Part shown: piece by piece, positions 30,581 through 45,674 of the stretch
Layout of the letters: each line of letters opens with the position of its first letter
How positions within the stretch are numbered: position 1 is the first letter of the stretch
Assembly: GCA_964016885.1 (NCBI GenBank)
Contig: OZ024744.1
Span: forward strand, 119,846,001-119,910,000
Direction: 5' to 3'
Length of the DNA stretch: 64,000 bases
Source of the DNA: Eledone cirrhosa
Taxonomy: Eukaryota
The notes under the pieces: model-generated
The model's database searches: none
What the model was told of the DNA's origin: nothing
What the model saw: only the letters and a program-made list of their open reading frames with translations
Translations under genes and position numbers: made by a program

Positions 30581-33500
30581 TCTCAATTTAGAGATTCTTT
30601 CATGAGATATTCTAACCTCATGTCATATTATCAGAGCTGTGATCTCTCAGTTCAGAGATTCTTTCCTGAGACATTCTAGCCACATCATAGTATCAGAGCT
30701 GTGATATCTCAATTCAGAGATTCTTTCCTGAGACATTCTAACCACATCTCATAATATCAGAGCTGTGATCTCTCAATTCAGAGATTCTTTCCTGAGATAT
30801 TCTAACCACATGTCATAGTATCAGAGCTGTGATATCTCAATTCAGAGATTCTTTCCTGAGACATTCTAACCACATGTCATAGTATCAGAGCTGTGATCTC
30901 TTAATTTAGAGATACTTTCATGAGATATTCTAACCACATGTCATAGTATCAGAGCTGTGATCTCTCAATTCAGAGATTCTTTCCTGAGACATTCTAACCA
31001 CATGTCATAGTATTAGAGCTGTGATCTCTCAATTCCAAGATTCTTTCCTGAGAAATTCTAAACTTATGTCTGTAGTATCAGAGCTGTGATCTCTCAATTC
31101 AGAGGTTCTTTCCTGAGACATCCTAACTCCATGTCCACAGTATCAGAGCTGTGATCTCTCGATTCAGAGATTCTTTCCTGAGACATTCTAATTCCATGTC
31201 CACAGTATCAGAGCTGTGATCTCTCAATTTAGAGATTCTTTCCTGAGATATTCTAACCACATGTCATAGTATCAGAGCTGTGATCTCTCAATTCAGAGAT
31301 TCTTTCCTGAGACATTCTAACCACATGTCTGTTGTATCAGAGCTGTATGCTCTCAATTCAGAGATTCTTTCCTGAGACATTCTAACCACATGTCATAGTA
31401 TCGGAGCTGTTATCTCTCAATTCAGAGATTCTTTCCTGAGACATTCTAACCACATGTCATAGTAGCAGAGCTGTGATATCTCAATTCAGAGATTCTTTCC
31501 TGAGATATTCTAACCGCATGTCATAGTATCAGAGCTGTGATCTCTCAATTCAGATATTCTTTCCTGAGACATTCTAGCCACATGTCATAGGATCAGAGTT
31601 GTGATCTCTCAATTCAGAGATTATTTCCTGAGACATTCTAACCACATGTCATAGTATCAGAGCTGTGATCTCTCAATTCAGAGATTCTTTCCTGAGATAT
31701 TCTAACCACATGTCTGTAGTATCAGAGTTGTGATCTCTCAATTCAGATATTCTTTCCTGAGATATTCTAACCACATGTCATAGTATCAGAGCTGTGATCT
31801 CTCAATTCAGAGATTCTTTCCTGAGACATTCTTACCACATCTCATAGTATCAGAGCTGTGATCTCTCAATTTAGAGATTCTTTCCTCAGACATTCTAACC
31901 ACATGTCATAGTATCAGAACTGTGATCTCTCAATTCAGAGATTCTATGCTGAGACATTCTAACCACATGTCATAGTATCAGAGCTGTGATCTGTCAATTT
32001 AGAGATTCTTTCATGAGATATTCTAACCTCATGTCATATTATCAGAGCTGTGATCTCTCAGTTCAGAGATTCTTTCCTGAGACATTCTAGCCACGTGATA
32101 GTATCAGAGCTGTGATATCTCAATTCAGAGATTCTTTCCTGAGACATTCTAACCACATTTCATAATATCAGAGCTGTGAAGTCTCAATTCAGAGATTCTT
32201 TCCTGAGATATTCTAACCACATGTCATAGTATCAGATCTGTGATCTCTCAATTCAGAGATTCTTTCCTGAGACATTCTAACCACATCTCATAATATCAGA
32301 GCTGTGATCTCTTAATTCAGAGATTCTTTCCTGAGATATTCTAACCACATGTCATAGTATCAGAGCTGTGATATCTCAATTCAGAGATTCTTTCCTGAGA
32401 CATTCTAACCACATCTCATAGTATCAGAGCTGTGATCTCTTAATTTAAAGATACTTTCATGAGATATTCTAACCACATGTCATAGTATCAGAGCTGTGAT
32501 CTCTCAATTTAGAGATTCTTTCCTGAGACATTCTAACCACATGTCATAGTATTAGAGCTGTGATCTCTCAATTCCAAGATTCTTTCCTGAGAAATTCTAA
32601 ACTTATGTCTGTAGTATCAGAGCTGTGATCTCTCAATTCAGAGGTTCTTTCCTGAGACATCCTAACTCCATGTCCACAGTATCAGAGCTGTGATCTCTCA
32701 ATTCAGAGATTCTTTCCTGAGACATTCTAATTCCATGTCCACAGTATCAGAGCTGTGATCTCTCAATTTAGAGATTCTTTCCTGAGATATTCTAACCACA
32801 TGTCATAGTATCAGAGCTGTGATCTCTCAATTCAGAGATTCTTTCCTGAGACATTCTAACCACATGTCTGTTGTATCAGAGCTGTATGCTCTCAATTCAG
32901 AGATTCTTTCCTGAGACATTCTAACCACATGTCATAGTATCGGAGCTGTTATCTCTCAATTCAGAGATTCTTTCCTGAGACATTCTAACCACATGTCATA
33001 GTAGCAGAGCTGTGATATCTCAATTCAGAGATTCTTTCCTGAGATATTCTAACCGCATGTCATAGTATCAGAGCTGTGGTCTCTCAATTCAGATATTCTT
33101 TCCTGAGACATTCTAGCCACATGTCATAGGATCAGAGTTGTGATCTCTCAATTCAGAGATTATTTCCTGAGACATTCTAACCACATGTCATAGTATCAGA
33201 GCTGTGATCTCTCAATTCAGAGATTCTTTCCTGAGATATTCTAACCACATGTCTGTAGTATCAGAGCTGTGATCTCTCAATTCAGAGATTCTTTACTGAG
33301 ATATTGTAACCACAAGTCATAGTATCAGAGCTGTGATCTCTCAATTCAGTGATTCTTTCCTGCGATATTCTAACCACATGTCAGAGTATCAGAGCTGTGA
33401 TCTCTCAATTCAGATATTCTTTCCTGAGACATTCTAACCACATGTTATATTATCAGAGTTGTGATCTCTCAATTCAGATATTCTTTCCTGAGATATTCTA

Positions 33501-34809
33501 ACCACATGTCATAGTATCAGAGCTGTGATCTCTCAATTCAGAGATTCTTTCCTGAGACATTCTTACCACATCTCATAGTATCAGAGCTGTGATCTCTCAA
33601 TTTAGAGATTCTTTCCTCAGACATTCTAACCACATGTCATAGTATCAGAACTGTGATCTCTCAATTCAGAGATTCTATGCTGAGACATTCTAACCACATG
33701 TCATAGTATCAGAGCTGTGATCTCTCAATTTAGAGATTCTTTCATGAGATATTCTAACCTCATGTCATATTATCAGAGCTGTGATCTCTCAGTTCAGAGA
33801 TTCTTTCCTGAGACATTCTAGCCACGTGATAGTATCAGAGCTGTGATATCTCAATTCAGAGATTCTTTCCTGAGACATTCTAACCACATCTCATAATATC
33901 AGAGCTGTGATCTCTCAATTCAGAGATTCTTTCCTGAGATATTCTAAACACATGTCATAGTATCAGAGCTGTGATATCTCAATTCAGAGATTCTTTCCTG
34001 AGATATTCTAACCACATGTCATAGTATCAGAACTGTGATATCTTAATTTAGAGATACTTTCATGAGATATTCTAACCACATGTCATAGGATCAGAGCTGT
34101 GATCTCTCAATTCAGAGATTCTTTTCTGAGACATTCTAACCACATGTCATATTATCGGAGCTGTGATCTCTCAATTCAGAGATTCTTTCCTGAGACATTC
34201 TAACCACATCTCATAGTATTCAGAGCTGTGATATCTCAATTCAGAGATTCTTTCCTGACACATTCTAATCACATGTCATAGTATCAGAGCTGTGATCTCT
34301 CAATTTAGATATTCTTTCCTGAGATATTCTAACCACATGTCATAGTATTAGAGCTGTGATCTCTCAATTCAGAGATTCTTTCCTGAGACATTCTAACCAC
34401 ATGTCTGTAGTATCAGAGCTGTATGCTCTCAATTCAGAGATTCTTTCCAGAGACATTCTAACCACATGTCATAGTATCGGAGCTGTGAACTCTCAATTCA
34501 GAGATTTTTTCCTGAGACATTCTAACCACATGTCATAGTATAAGAGCTGTGATATCTCAATTCAGATATTCTTTCCTGACACATTCTAGCCACATGTCAT
34601 AGTATCAGAGCTGTGATCTCTCAATTTAGATATTCTTTCCTGAGATATTCTAACCACATGTCATAGTATTAGAGCTGTGATCTCTCAATTCAGAGATTCT
34701 TTCCTGAGACATTCTAACCACATGTAATAGTATTAGATCTGTGATCTCTCAATTTAGAGATTCTTTCCTGAGACATTCTAACCACATGTCATAGTATTAG
34801 AGCTGTGAT

Positions 34810-37800
34810 CTCTCAATTCAGAGATTCTTTCCTGAGACATTCTAACCACATGTAATAGTATTAGATCTGTGATCTCTCAATTTAGAGATTCTTTCCTGAG
34901 ATATTCTAACCACATGTCATAGTATCAGAGTTGTGATCTCTCAATTCAGAGATTCTTTCATGGGATATAGAATATATCACATGTCATACTATCAGAGCTG
35001 TGATCTCTCAATTCAGAGATTCTTTCATGGGATATAGAATATATCACATGTCATATTATCAGAGCTGTGATCTCTCAATTCAGATATTCTTTCCTGAGAT
35101 ATTCTAACCACATGTCATATTATCAGAGTTTTGATCTCTCAATTCAGTGATTCTTTCATGGGATATAGAATATATCACATGTCATATTATCAGAGCTGTG
35201 ATCTCTCAATTCAGAGATTCTTTCATGGGATATAGAATATATCACAAGTCATATTATCAGAGCTGTGATCTCTCAATTCAGATATTCTTTCCTGAGATAT
35301 TCTAACCACATGTCATATTATCAGAGTTGTGATCTCTCAATTCAGTGATTCTTTCCTGAGATATTCTAACCAAATGTCATAGTATCAGATTTGTGATATC
35401 TCAAATCAGAGATTCTTTCCTGAGACATTCTAAGCTCGTCATAGTATCAGAGCTGTGATATCTCAATTCAGAGATTCTTTCCTGAGACATTCTAACCACA
35501 TGTCATAGTATCAGAGCTGTGATCTCTCAATTTACATATTCTTTCCTGAGATATTCTAACCACATGTCATAGTATCAGAGCTGTGATCTCTCAATTCAGA
35601 GATTCTTTCCTGAGACATTCTAACCACATGTCATAGTATTAGAGCTGTGATCTCTCAATTCCAAGATTCTTTCCTGAGAAATTCTAAACTTATGTCTGTA
35701 GTATCAGAGCTGTGATCTCTCAATTCAGAGGTTCTTTCCTTAGACATCCTAACTCCATGTCCACAGTATCAGAGCTGTGATCTCTCAATTCAGAGATTCT
35801 TTCCTGAGACATTCTAACCACATGTATCAGAGATATTCTTAATAGTGATCTCTCAATTCAGAGATTCTTTCCTGAGACATTCTAACTCCATGTCCACAGT
35901 ATCAGAGCTGTGATCTCTCAATTTAGAGATTCTTTCCTGAGATATTCTAACCACATGTCATAGTATCGGAGCTGTTATCTCTCAATTCAGAGATTCTTTC
36001 CTGAGACATTCTAACCACATGTCATAGTAGCAGAGCTGTGATATCTCAATTCAGAGATTCTTTCCTGAGATATTCTAACCGCATGTCATAGTATCAGAGC
36101 TGTGATCTCTCAATTCAGATATTCTTTCCTGAGACATTCTAGCCACATGTCATAGGATCAGAGTTGTGATCTCTCAATTCAGAGATTATTTCCTGAGACA
36201 TTCTAACCACATGTCATAGTATCAGAGCTGTGATCTCTCAATTCAGATATTCTTTCCTGAGACATTCTAGCCACATGTCATAGGATCAGAGTTGTGATCT
36301 CTCAATTCAGAGATTATTTCCTGAGACATTCTAACCACATGTCATAGTATCAGAGCTGTGATCTCTCAATTCAGTGATTCTTTCCTGCGATATTCTAACC
36401 ACATGTCAGAGTATCAGAGCTGTGATCTCTCAATTCAGATATTCTTTCCTGAGACATTCTAACCACATGTCATCTGATCAGATTTGAGATCTCTCAATTC
36501 AGAGATTCTTTCCTGAGATATTCTAACCACATGTCATAGTATCAGAGCTGTGATCTCTCAATTCAGAGATTCTTTCCTGAGATATTCTAACCACATGTCA
36601 TAGTATCAGAGCTGTGATCTCTCAATTCAGAGATTCTTTCCTGAGACATTCTTACCACATCTCATAGTATCAGAGCTGTGAACTCTCAATTTAGAGATTC
36701 TTTCCTCAGACATTCTAACCACATGTCATAGTATCAGAACTGTGATCTCTCAATTTAGAGATTCTTTCATGAGATATTCTAACCTCATGTCATATTATCA
36801 GAGCTGTGATCTCTCAGTTCAGAGATTCTTTCCTGAGACATTCTAGCCACGTCATAGTATCAGAGCTGTGATATCTCAATTCAGAGATTCTTTCCTGAGA
36901 CATTCTAACCACATCTCATAATATCAGAGCTGTGATCTCTCAATTCAGAGATTCTTTCCTGAGATATTCTAACCACATGTCATAGTATCAAAGCTGTGAT
37001 ATCTCAATTCAGAGATTCTTTCCTGAGACATTCTAACCACATGTCATAGTATCAGAGCTGTGATCTCTTAATTTAGAGATACTTTCATGAGATATTCTAA
37101 CCACATGTCATAGTATAAGAGCTGTGATCTCTCAATTCAGAGATTCTTTCCTGAGACATTCTAACCACATGTCATAGTATTAGAGCTGTGATCTCTCAAT
37201 TCCAAGATTCTTTCCTGAGAAATTCTAAACTTATGTCTGTAGTATCAGAGCTGTGATCTCTCAATTCAGAGGTTCTTTCCTGAGACATCCTAACTCCATG
37301 TCCACAGTATCAGAGCTGTGATCTCTCAATTCAGAGATTCTTTCCTGAGACATTCTAATTCCATGTCCACAGTATCAGAGCTGTGATCTCTCAATTTAGA
37401 GATTCTTTCCTGAGATATTCTAACCACATGTCATAGTATCAGAGCTGTGATCTCTCAATTCAGAGATTCTTTCCTGAGACATTCTAACCACATGTCTGTT
37501 GTATCAGAGCTGTATGCTCTCAATTCAGAGATTCTTTCCTGAGACATTCTAACCACATGTCATAGTATCGGAGCTGTTATCTCTCAATTCAGAGATTCTT
37601 TCCTGAGATATTGTAACCACATGTCATAGTATCAGAGCTGTGATCTCTCAATTCAGAGATTCTTTCCTGAGACATTCTAACTACATGTCATAGTATCGGA
37701 GCTGTTATCTCTCAATTCAGAGATTCTTTCCTGAGATATTGTAACCACATGTCATAGTATCAGAACTGTGATCTCTCAATTCAGAGATTCTATGCTGAGA

Positions 37801-40800
37801 CATTCTAACCACATGTTATAGTATCAGAGCTGTGATCTCTCAATTTAGAGATTCTTTCATGAGATATTCTAACCTCATGTCATATTATCAGAGCTGTGAT
37901 CTCTCAGTTCAGAGATTCTTTCCTGAGACATTCTAGCCACGTGATAGTATCAGAGCTGTGATATCTCAATTCAGAGATTCTTTCCTGAGACATTCTAACC
38001 ACATCTCATAATATCAGAGCTGTGAAGTCTCAATTCAGAGATTCTTTCCTGAGATATTCTAACCACATGTCATAGTATCAGATCTGTGATCTCTCAATTC
38101 AGAGATTCTTTCCTGAGACATTCTAACCACATCTCATAATATCAGAGCTGTGATCTCTCAATTCAGAGATTCTTTCCTGAGATATTCTAACCACATGTCA
38201 TAGTATCAGAGCTGTGATATCTCAATTCAGAGATTCTTTCCTGAGATATTCTAACCACATGTCATAGTATCAGAGCTGTGATATCTTAATTTAGAGATAC
38301 TTTCATGAGATATTCTAACCACATGTCATAGGATCAGAGCTGTGATCTCTCAATTCAGAGATTCTTTCCTGAGACATTCTAACCATATGTCATATTATCG
38401 GAGCTGTGATCTCTCAATTCAGAGATTCTTTCCTGAGACATTCTAACTACATCTCATAGTATTCAGAGCTGTGATATCTCAATTCAGAGATTCTTTCCTG
38501 AGACATTCTAACCACATCTCATAATATCAGAGCTGTGATATCTCAATTCAGAGATTCTTTCCTGAGATATTCTAACCACATGTCATAGTATCAGAGCTGT
38601 GATATCTTAATTTAGAGATACTTTCATGAGATATTCTAACCACATGTCATAGGATCAGAGCTGTGATCTCTCAATTCAGAGATTCTTTCCTGAGACATTC
38701 TAACCACATGTCATAGTATCGGAGCTGTGATCTCTCAATTCAGAGATTCTTTCCTGAGACATTCTAACCACATCTCATAGTATTCAGAGCTGTGATATCT
38801 CAATTCAGAGATTCTTTCCTGACACATTCTAACCACATGTCATAGTATCAGAGCTGTGATCTCTCAATTTAGATATTCTTTCCTGAGATATTCTAACCAC
38901 ATGTCATAGTATTAGAGCTGTGATCTCTCAATTCAGAGATTCTTTCCTGAGACATTCTAACCACATGTCTGTAGTATCAGAGCTGTATGCTCTCAATTCA
39001 GAGATTCTTTCCAGAGACATTCTAACCACATGTCATAGTATCGGAGCTGTGATCTCTCAATTCAGAGATTCTTTCCTGAGACATTCTAACCACATGTCAT
39101 AGTATCAGAGCTGTGATATCTCAATTCAGAGATTCTTTCCTGACACATTCTAGCCACATGTCATAGTATCAGAGCTGTGATCTCTCAATTTAGATATTCT
39201 TTCCTGAGATATTCTAACCACATGTCATAGTATGAGAGCTGTGATCTCTCAATTCAGAGATTCTTTCCTGAGACATTCTAACCACATGTCTGTAGTATCA
39301 GAGCTGTATGCTCTCAATTCAGAGATTCTTTCCTGAGACATTCTAACCACATGTCATAGTATCGGAGCTGTGATCTCTCAATTCAGAGATTCTTTCCTGA
39401 GATATTCTAACCACATGTCATAGTATCAAAGCTGTGATATCTCAATTCAGAGATTCTTTCCTGAGACATTCTAACCACATGTCATAGTATCAGAGCTGTG
39501 ATCTCTTAATTTAGAGATACTTTCATGAGATATTCTAACCACATGTCATAGTATAAGAGCTGTGATCTCTCAATTCAGAGATTCTTTCCTGAGACATTCT
39601 AACCACATGTCATAGTATTAGAGCTGTGATCTCTCAATTCCAAGATTCTTTCCTGAGAAATTCTAAACTTATGTCTGTAGTATCAGAGCTGTGATCTCTC
39701 AATTCAGAGGTTCTTTCCTGAGACATCCTAACTCCATGTCCACAGTATCAGAGCTGTGATCTCTCAATTCAGAGATTCTTTCCTGAGACATTCTAATTCC
39801 ATGTCCACAGTATCAGAGCTGTGATCTCTCAATTTAGAGATTCTTTCCTGAGATATTCTAACCACATGTCATAGTATCAGAGCTGTGATCTCTCAATTCA
39901 GAGATTCTTTCCTGAGACATTCTAACCACATGTCTGTTGTATCAGAGCTGTATGCTCTCAATTCAGAGATTCTTTCCTGAGACATTCTAACCACATGTCA
40001 TAGTATCGGAGCTGTTATCTCTCAATTCAGAGATTCTTTCCTGAGATATTGTAACCACATGTCATAGTATCAGAGCTGTGATCTCTCAATTCAGAGATTC
40101 TTTCCTGAGACATTCTAACTACATGTCATAGTATCGGAGCTGTTATCTCTCAATTCAGAGATTCTTTCCTGAGATATTGTAACCACATGTCATAGTATCA
40201 GAACTGTGATCTCTCAATTGAGAGATTCTATGCTGAGACATTCTAACCACATGTTATAGTATCAGAGCTGTGATCTCTCAATTTAGAGATTCTTTCATGA
40301 GATATTCTAACCTCATGTCATATTATCAGAGCTGTGATCTCTCAGTTCAGAGATTCTTTCCTGAGACATTCTAGCCACGTGATAGTATCAGAGCTGTGAT
40401 ATCTCAATTCAGAGATTCTTTCCTGAGACATTCTAACCACATCTCATAATATCAGAGCTGTGAAGTCTCAATTCAGAGATTCTTTCCTGAGATATTCTAA
40501 CCACATGTCATAGTATCAGATCTGTGATCTCTCAATTCAGAGATTCTTTCCTGAGACATTCTAACCACATCTCATAATATCAGAGCTGTGATCTCTCAAT
40601 TCAGAGATTCTTTCCTGAGATATTCTAACCACATGTCATAGTATCAGAGCTGTGATATCTCAATTCAGAGATTCTTTCCTGAGATATTCTAACCACATGT
40701 CATAGTATCAGAGCTGTGATATCTTAATTTAGAGATACTTTCATGAGATATTCTAACCACATGTCATAGGATCAGAGCTGTGATCTCTCAATTCAGAGAT

Positions 40801-43800
40801 TCTTTCCTGAGACATTCTAACCATATGTCATAGTATCGGAGCTGTGATCTCTCAATTCAGAGATTCTTTCCTGAGACATTCTAACTACATCTCATAGTAT
40901 TCAGAGCTGTGATATCTCAATTCAGAGATTCTTTCCTGAGACATTCTAACCACATCTCATAATATCAGAGCTGTGATATCTCAATTCAGAGATTCTTTCC
41001 TGAGATATTCTAACCACATGTCATAGTATCAGAGCTGTGATATCTTAATTTAGAGATACTTTCATGAGATATTCTAACCACATGTCATAGGATCAGAGCT
41101 GTGATCTCTCAATTCAGAGATTCTTTCCTGAGACATTCTAACCACATGTCATAGTATCGGAGCTGTGATCTCTCAATTCAGAGATTCTTTCCTGAGACAT
41201 TCTAACCACATCTCATAGTATTCAGAGCTGTGATATCTCAATTCAGAGATTCTTTCCTGACACATTCTAACCACATGTCATAGTATCAGAGCTGTGATCT
41301 CTCAATTTAGATATTCTTTCCTGAGATATTCTAACCACATGTCATAGTATTAGAGCTGTGATCTCTCAATTCAGAGATTCTTTCCTGAGACATTCTAACC
41401 ACATGTCTGTAGTATCAGAGCTGTATGCTCTCAATTCAGAGATTCTTTCCAGAGACATTCTAACCACATGTCATAGTATCGGAGCTGTGATCTCTCAATT
41501 CAGAGATTCTTTCCTGAGACATTCTAACCACATGTCATAGTATCAGAGCTGTGATATCTCAATTCAGAGATTCTTTCCTGACACATTCTAGCCACATGTC
41601 ATAGTATCAGAGCTGTGATCTCTCAATTTAGATATTCTTTCCTGAGATATTCTAACCACATGTCATAGTATTAGAGCTGTGATCTCTCAATTCAGAGATT
41701 CTTTCCTGAGACATTCTAACCACATGTCTGTAGTATCAGAGCTGTATGCTCTCAATTCAGAGATTCTTTCCTGAGACATTCTAACCACATGTCATAGTAT
41801 CGGAGCTGTGATCTCTCAATTCAGAGATTCTTTCCTGAGATATTCTAACCACATGTCATAGTATCAGAGCTGTGATATCACAATTCAGAGATTCTTTCCT
41901 GAGATATTCTAACCACATGTCATAGTTACAGAGCTGTGATCTCTCTATTCAGAGATTCTTTCTTGAGACATTCTAACTCCATGTCCACAGTATCAGAGCT
42001 GTGATCTCTCAATTTAGAGATTCTTTCCTGAGATATTCTAACTACATGTCATAGTATCAGAGCTGTGATCTCTCAATTTAGAGATTCTTTCAAGAGATAT
42101 TCTAACCACATGTCATAGTATCAGAGCTGTGATCTCTCAATTCAGAGATTCTTTCCTGAGACATTCTAACCACATGTAATAGTATTAGATCTGTGACCTC
42201 TCAATTTAGAGATTCTTTCCTGAGACATTCTAACTCCATGTCCACAGTATCAGAGCTGTGATCTCTCAATTTAGAGATTCTTTCCTGAGATATTCTAACC
42301 ACATGCCATAGTATTAGAGATGTGATCTCTCAATTCAGAGATTCTTTCCTGAGACGTTCTAACCACATGTCATAGTATCTGAGCTGTTATCTCTCAATTC
42401 AGAGATTCTTTCCTGAGACATTCTAACCACATGTCATAGTATCAGAGCTGTGATCTCTCAATTCAGAGATTCTTTCCTGAGACATTCTAACCACATGTAA
42501 TAGTATTAGATCTGTGATCTCTCAATTTAGAGATTCTTTCCTGAGATATTCTAACCACATGTCATAGTATCAGAGTTGTGATCTCTCAATTCAGAGATTC
42601 TTTCATGGGATATAGAATATATCACATGTCATACTATCAGAGCTGTGATCTCTCAATTCAGAGATTCTTTCATGGGATATAGAATATATCACATGTCATA
42701 TTATCAGAGCTGTGATCTCTCAATTCAGATATTCTTTCCTGAGATATTCTAACCACATGTCATATTATCAGAGTTTTGATCTCTCAATTCAGTGATTCTT
42801 TCATGGGATATAGAATATATCACATGTCATATTATCAGAGCTGTGATCTCTCAATTCAGAGATTCTTTCATGGGATATAGAATATATCACAAGTCATATT
42901 ATCAGAGCTGTGATATCTCAATTCAGATATTCTTTCCTGAGATATTCTAACCACATGTCATATTATCAGAGTTGTGATCTCTCAATTCAGTGATTCTTTC
43001 CTGAGATATTCTAACCAAATGTCATAGTATCAGATTTGTGATATCTCAAATCAGAGATTCTTTCCTGAGACATTCTAAGCTCGTCATAGTATCAGAGCTG
43101 TGATATCTCAATTCAGAGATTCTTTCCTGAGACATTCTAACCACATGTCATAGTATCAGAGCTGTGATCTCTCAATTTACATATTCTTTCCTGAGATATT
43201 CTAACCACATGTCATAGTATCAGAGCTGTGATCTCTCAATTCAGAGATTCTTTCCTGAGACATTCTAACCACATGTCATAGTATTAGAGCTGTGATCTCT
43301 CAATTCCAAGATTCTTTCCTGAGAAATTCTAAACTTATGTCTGTAGTATCAGAGCTGTGATCTCTCAATTCAGAGGTTCTTTCCTTAGACATCCTAACTC
43401 CATGTCCACAGTATCAGAGCTGTGATCTCTCAATTCAGAGATTCTTTCCTGAGACATTCTAACCACATGTATCAGAGATATTCTTAATAGTGATCTCTCA
43501 ATTCAGAGATTCTTTCCTGAGACATTCTAACTCCATGTCCACAGTATCAGAGCTGTGATCTCTCAATTTAGAGATTCTTTCCTGAGATATTCTAACCACA
43601 TGTCATAGTATCGGAGCTGTTATCTCTCAATTCAGAGATTCTTTCCTGAGACATTCTAACCACATGTCATAGTAGCAGAGCTGTGATATCTCAATTCAGA
43701 GATTCTTTCCTGAGATATTCTAACCGCATGTCATAGTATCAGAGCTGTGATCTCTCAATTCAGATATTCTTTCCTGAGACATTCTAGCCACATGTCATAG

Positions 43801-45650
43801 GATCAGAGTTGTGATCTCTCAATTCAGAGATTATTTCCTGAGACATTCTAACCACATGTCATAGTATCAGAGCTGTGATCTCTCAATTCAGATATTCTTT
43901 CCTGAGACATTCTAGCCACATGTCATAGGATCAGAGTTGTGATCTCTCAATTCAGAGATTATTTCCTGAGACATTCTAACCACATGTCATAGTATCAGAG
44001 CTGTGATCTCTCAATTCAGTGATTCTTTCCTGCGATATTCTAACCACATGTCAGAGTATCAGAGCTGTGATCTCTCAATTCAGATATTCTTTCCTGAGAC
44101 ATTCTAACCACATGTCATCTGATCAGATTTGAGATCTCTCAATTCAGAGATTCTTTCCTGAGATATTCTAACCACATGTCATAGTATCAGAGCTGTGATC
44201 TCTCAATTCAGAGATTCTTTCCTGAGATATTCTAACCACATGTCATAGTATCAGAGCTGTGATCTCTCAATTCAGAGATTCTTTCCTGAGACATTCTTAC
44301 CACATCTCATAGTATCAGAGCTGTGAACTCTCAATTTAGAGATTCTTTCCTCAGACATTCTAACCACATGTCATAGTATCAGAACTGTGATCTCTCAATT
44401 TAGAGATTCTTTCATGAGATATTCTAACCTCATGTCATATTATCAGAGCTGTGATCTCTCAGTTCAGAGATTCTTTCCTGAGACATTCTAGCCACGTCAT
44501 AGTATCAGAGCTGTGATATCTCAATTCAGAGATTCTTTCCTGAGACATTCTAACCACATCTCATAATATCAGAGCTGTGATCTCTCAATTCAGAGATTCT
44601 TTCCTGAGATATTCTAACCACATGTCATAGTATCAAAGCTGTGATATCTCAATTCAGAGATTCTTTCCTGAGACATTCTAACCACATGTCATAGTATCAG
44701 AGCTGTGATCTCTTAATTTAGAGATACTTTCATGAGATATTCTAACCACATGTCATAGTATAAGAGCTGTGATCTCTCAATTCAGAGATTCTTTCCTGAG
44801 ACATTCTAACCACATGTCATAGTATTAGAGCTGTGATCTCTCAATTCCAAGATTCTTTCCTGAGAAATTCTAAACTTATGTCTGTAGTATCAGAGCTGTG
44901 ATCTCTCAATTCAGAGGTTCTTTCCTGAGACATCCTAACTCCATGTCCACAGTATCAGAGCTGTGATCTCTCAATTCAGAGATTCTTTCCTGAGACATTC
45001 TAATTCCATGTCCACAGTATCAGAGCTGTGATCTCTCAATTTAGAGATTCTTTCCTGAGATATTCTAACCACATGTCATAGTATCAGAGCTGTGATCTCT
45101 CAATTCAGAGATTCTTTCCTGAGACATTCTAACCACATGTCTGTTGTATCAGAGCTGTATGCTCTCAATTCAGAGATTCTTTCCTGAGACATTCTAACCA
45201 CATGTCATAGTATCGGAGCTGTTATCTCTCAATTCAGAGATTCTTTCCTGAGATATTGTAACCACATGTCATAGTATCAGAGCTGTGATCTCTCAATTCA
45301 GAGATTCTTTCCTGAGACATTCTAACTACATGTCATAGTATCGGAGCTGTTATCTCTCAATTCAGAGATTCTTTCCTGAGATATTGTAACCACATGTCAT
45401 AGTATCAGAACTGTGATCTCTCAATTCAGAGATTCTATGCTGAGACATTCTAACCACATGTTATAGTATCAGAGCTGTGATCTCTCAATTTAGAGATTCT
45501 TTCATGAGATATTCTAACCTCATGTCATATTATCAGAGCTGTGATCTCTCAGTTCAGAGATTCTTTCCTGAGACATTCTAGCCACGTGATAGTATCAGAG
45601 CTGTGATATCTCAATTCAGAGATTCTTTCCTGAGACATTCTAACCACATC
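34810..45650 (+). repeat. Duplicated block, offset 7645 bp (about 34.8-38.0 kb repeated at about 42.45-45.65 kb)
   Basis: First 67-bp variant at 34964/42609 and 68-bp variant at 35822/43467. Shared private changes include gtcatact, gagttttgat, atttacatatt, ccttagacatcc and catctgatc. Confidence 0.85.
36928..41866 (+). repeat. Tandem duplication, period 2438 bp (38 monomers), 2 copies
   Basis: caaagctg at 36989/39427 and ORF-track hits at 38920/41358. Marker order is the same (tataagag, aactacatg, gaagtctc, accatatg, agtattcag). Confidence 0.88.
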
Positions 45651-45674
45651 TCATAATATCAGAGCTGTGATCTC

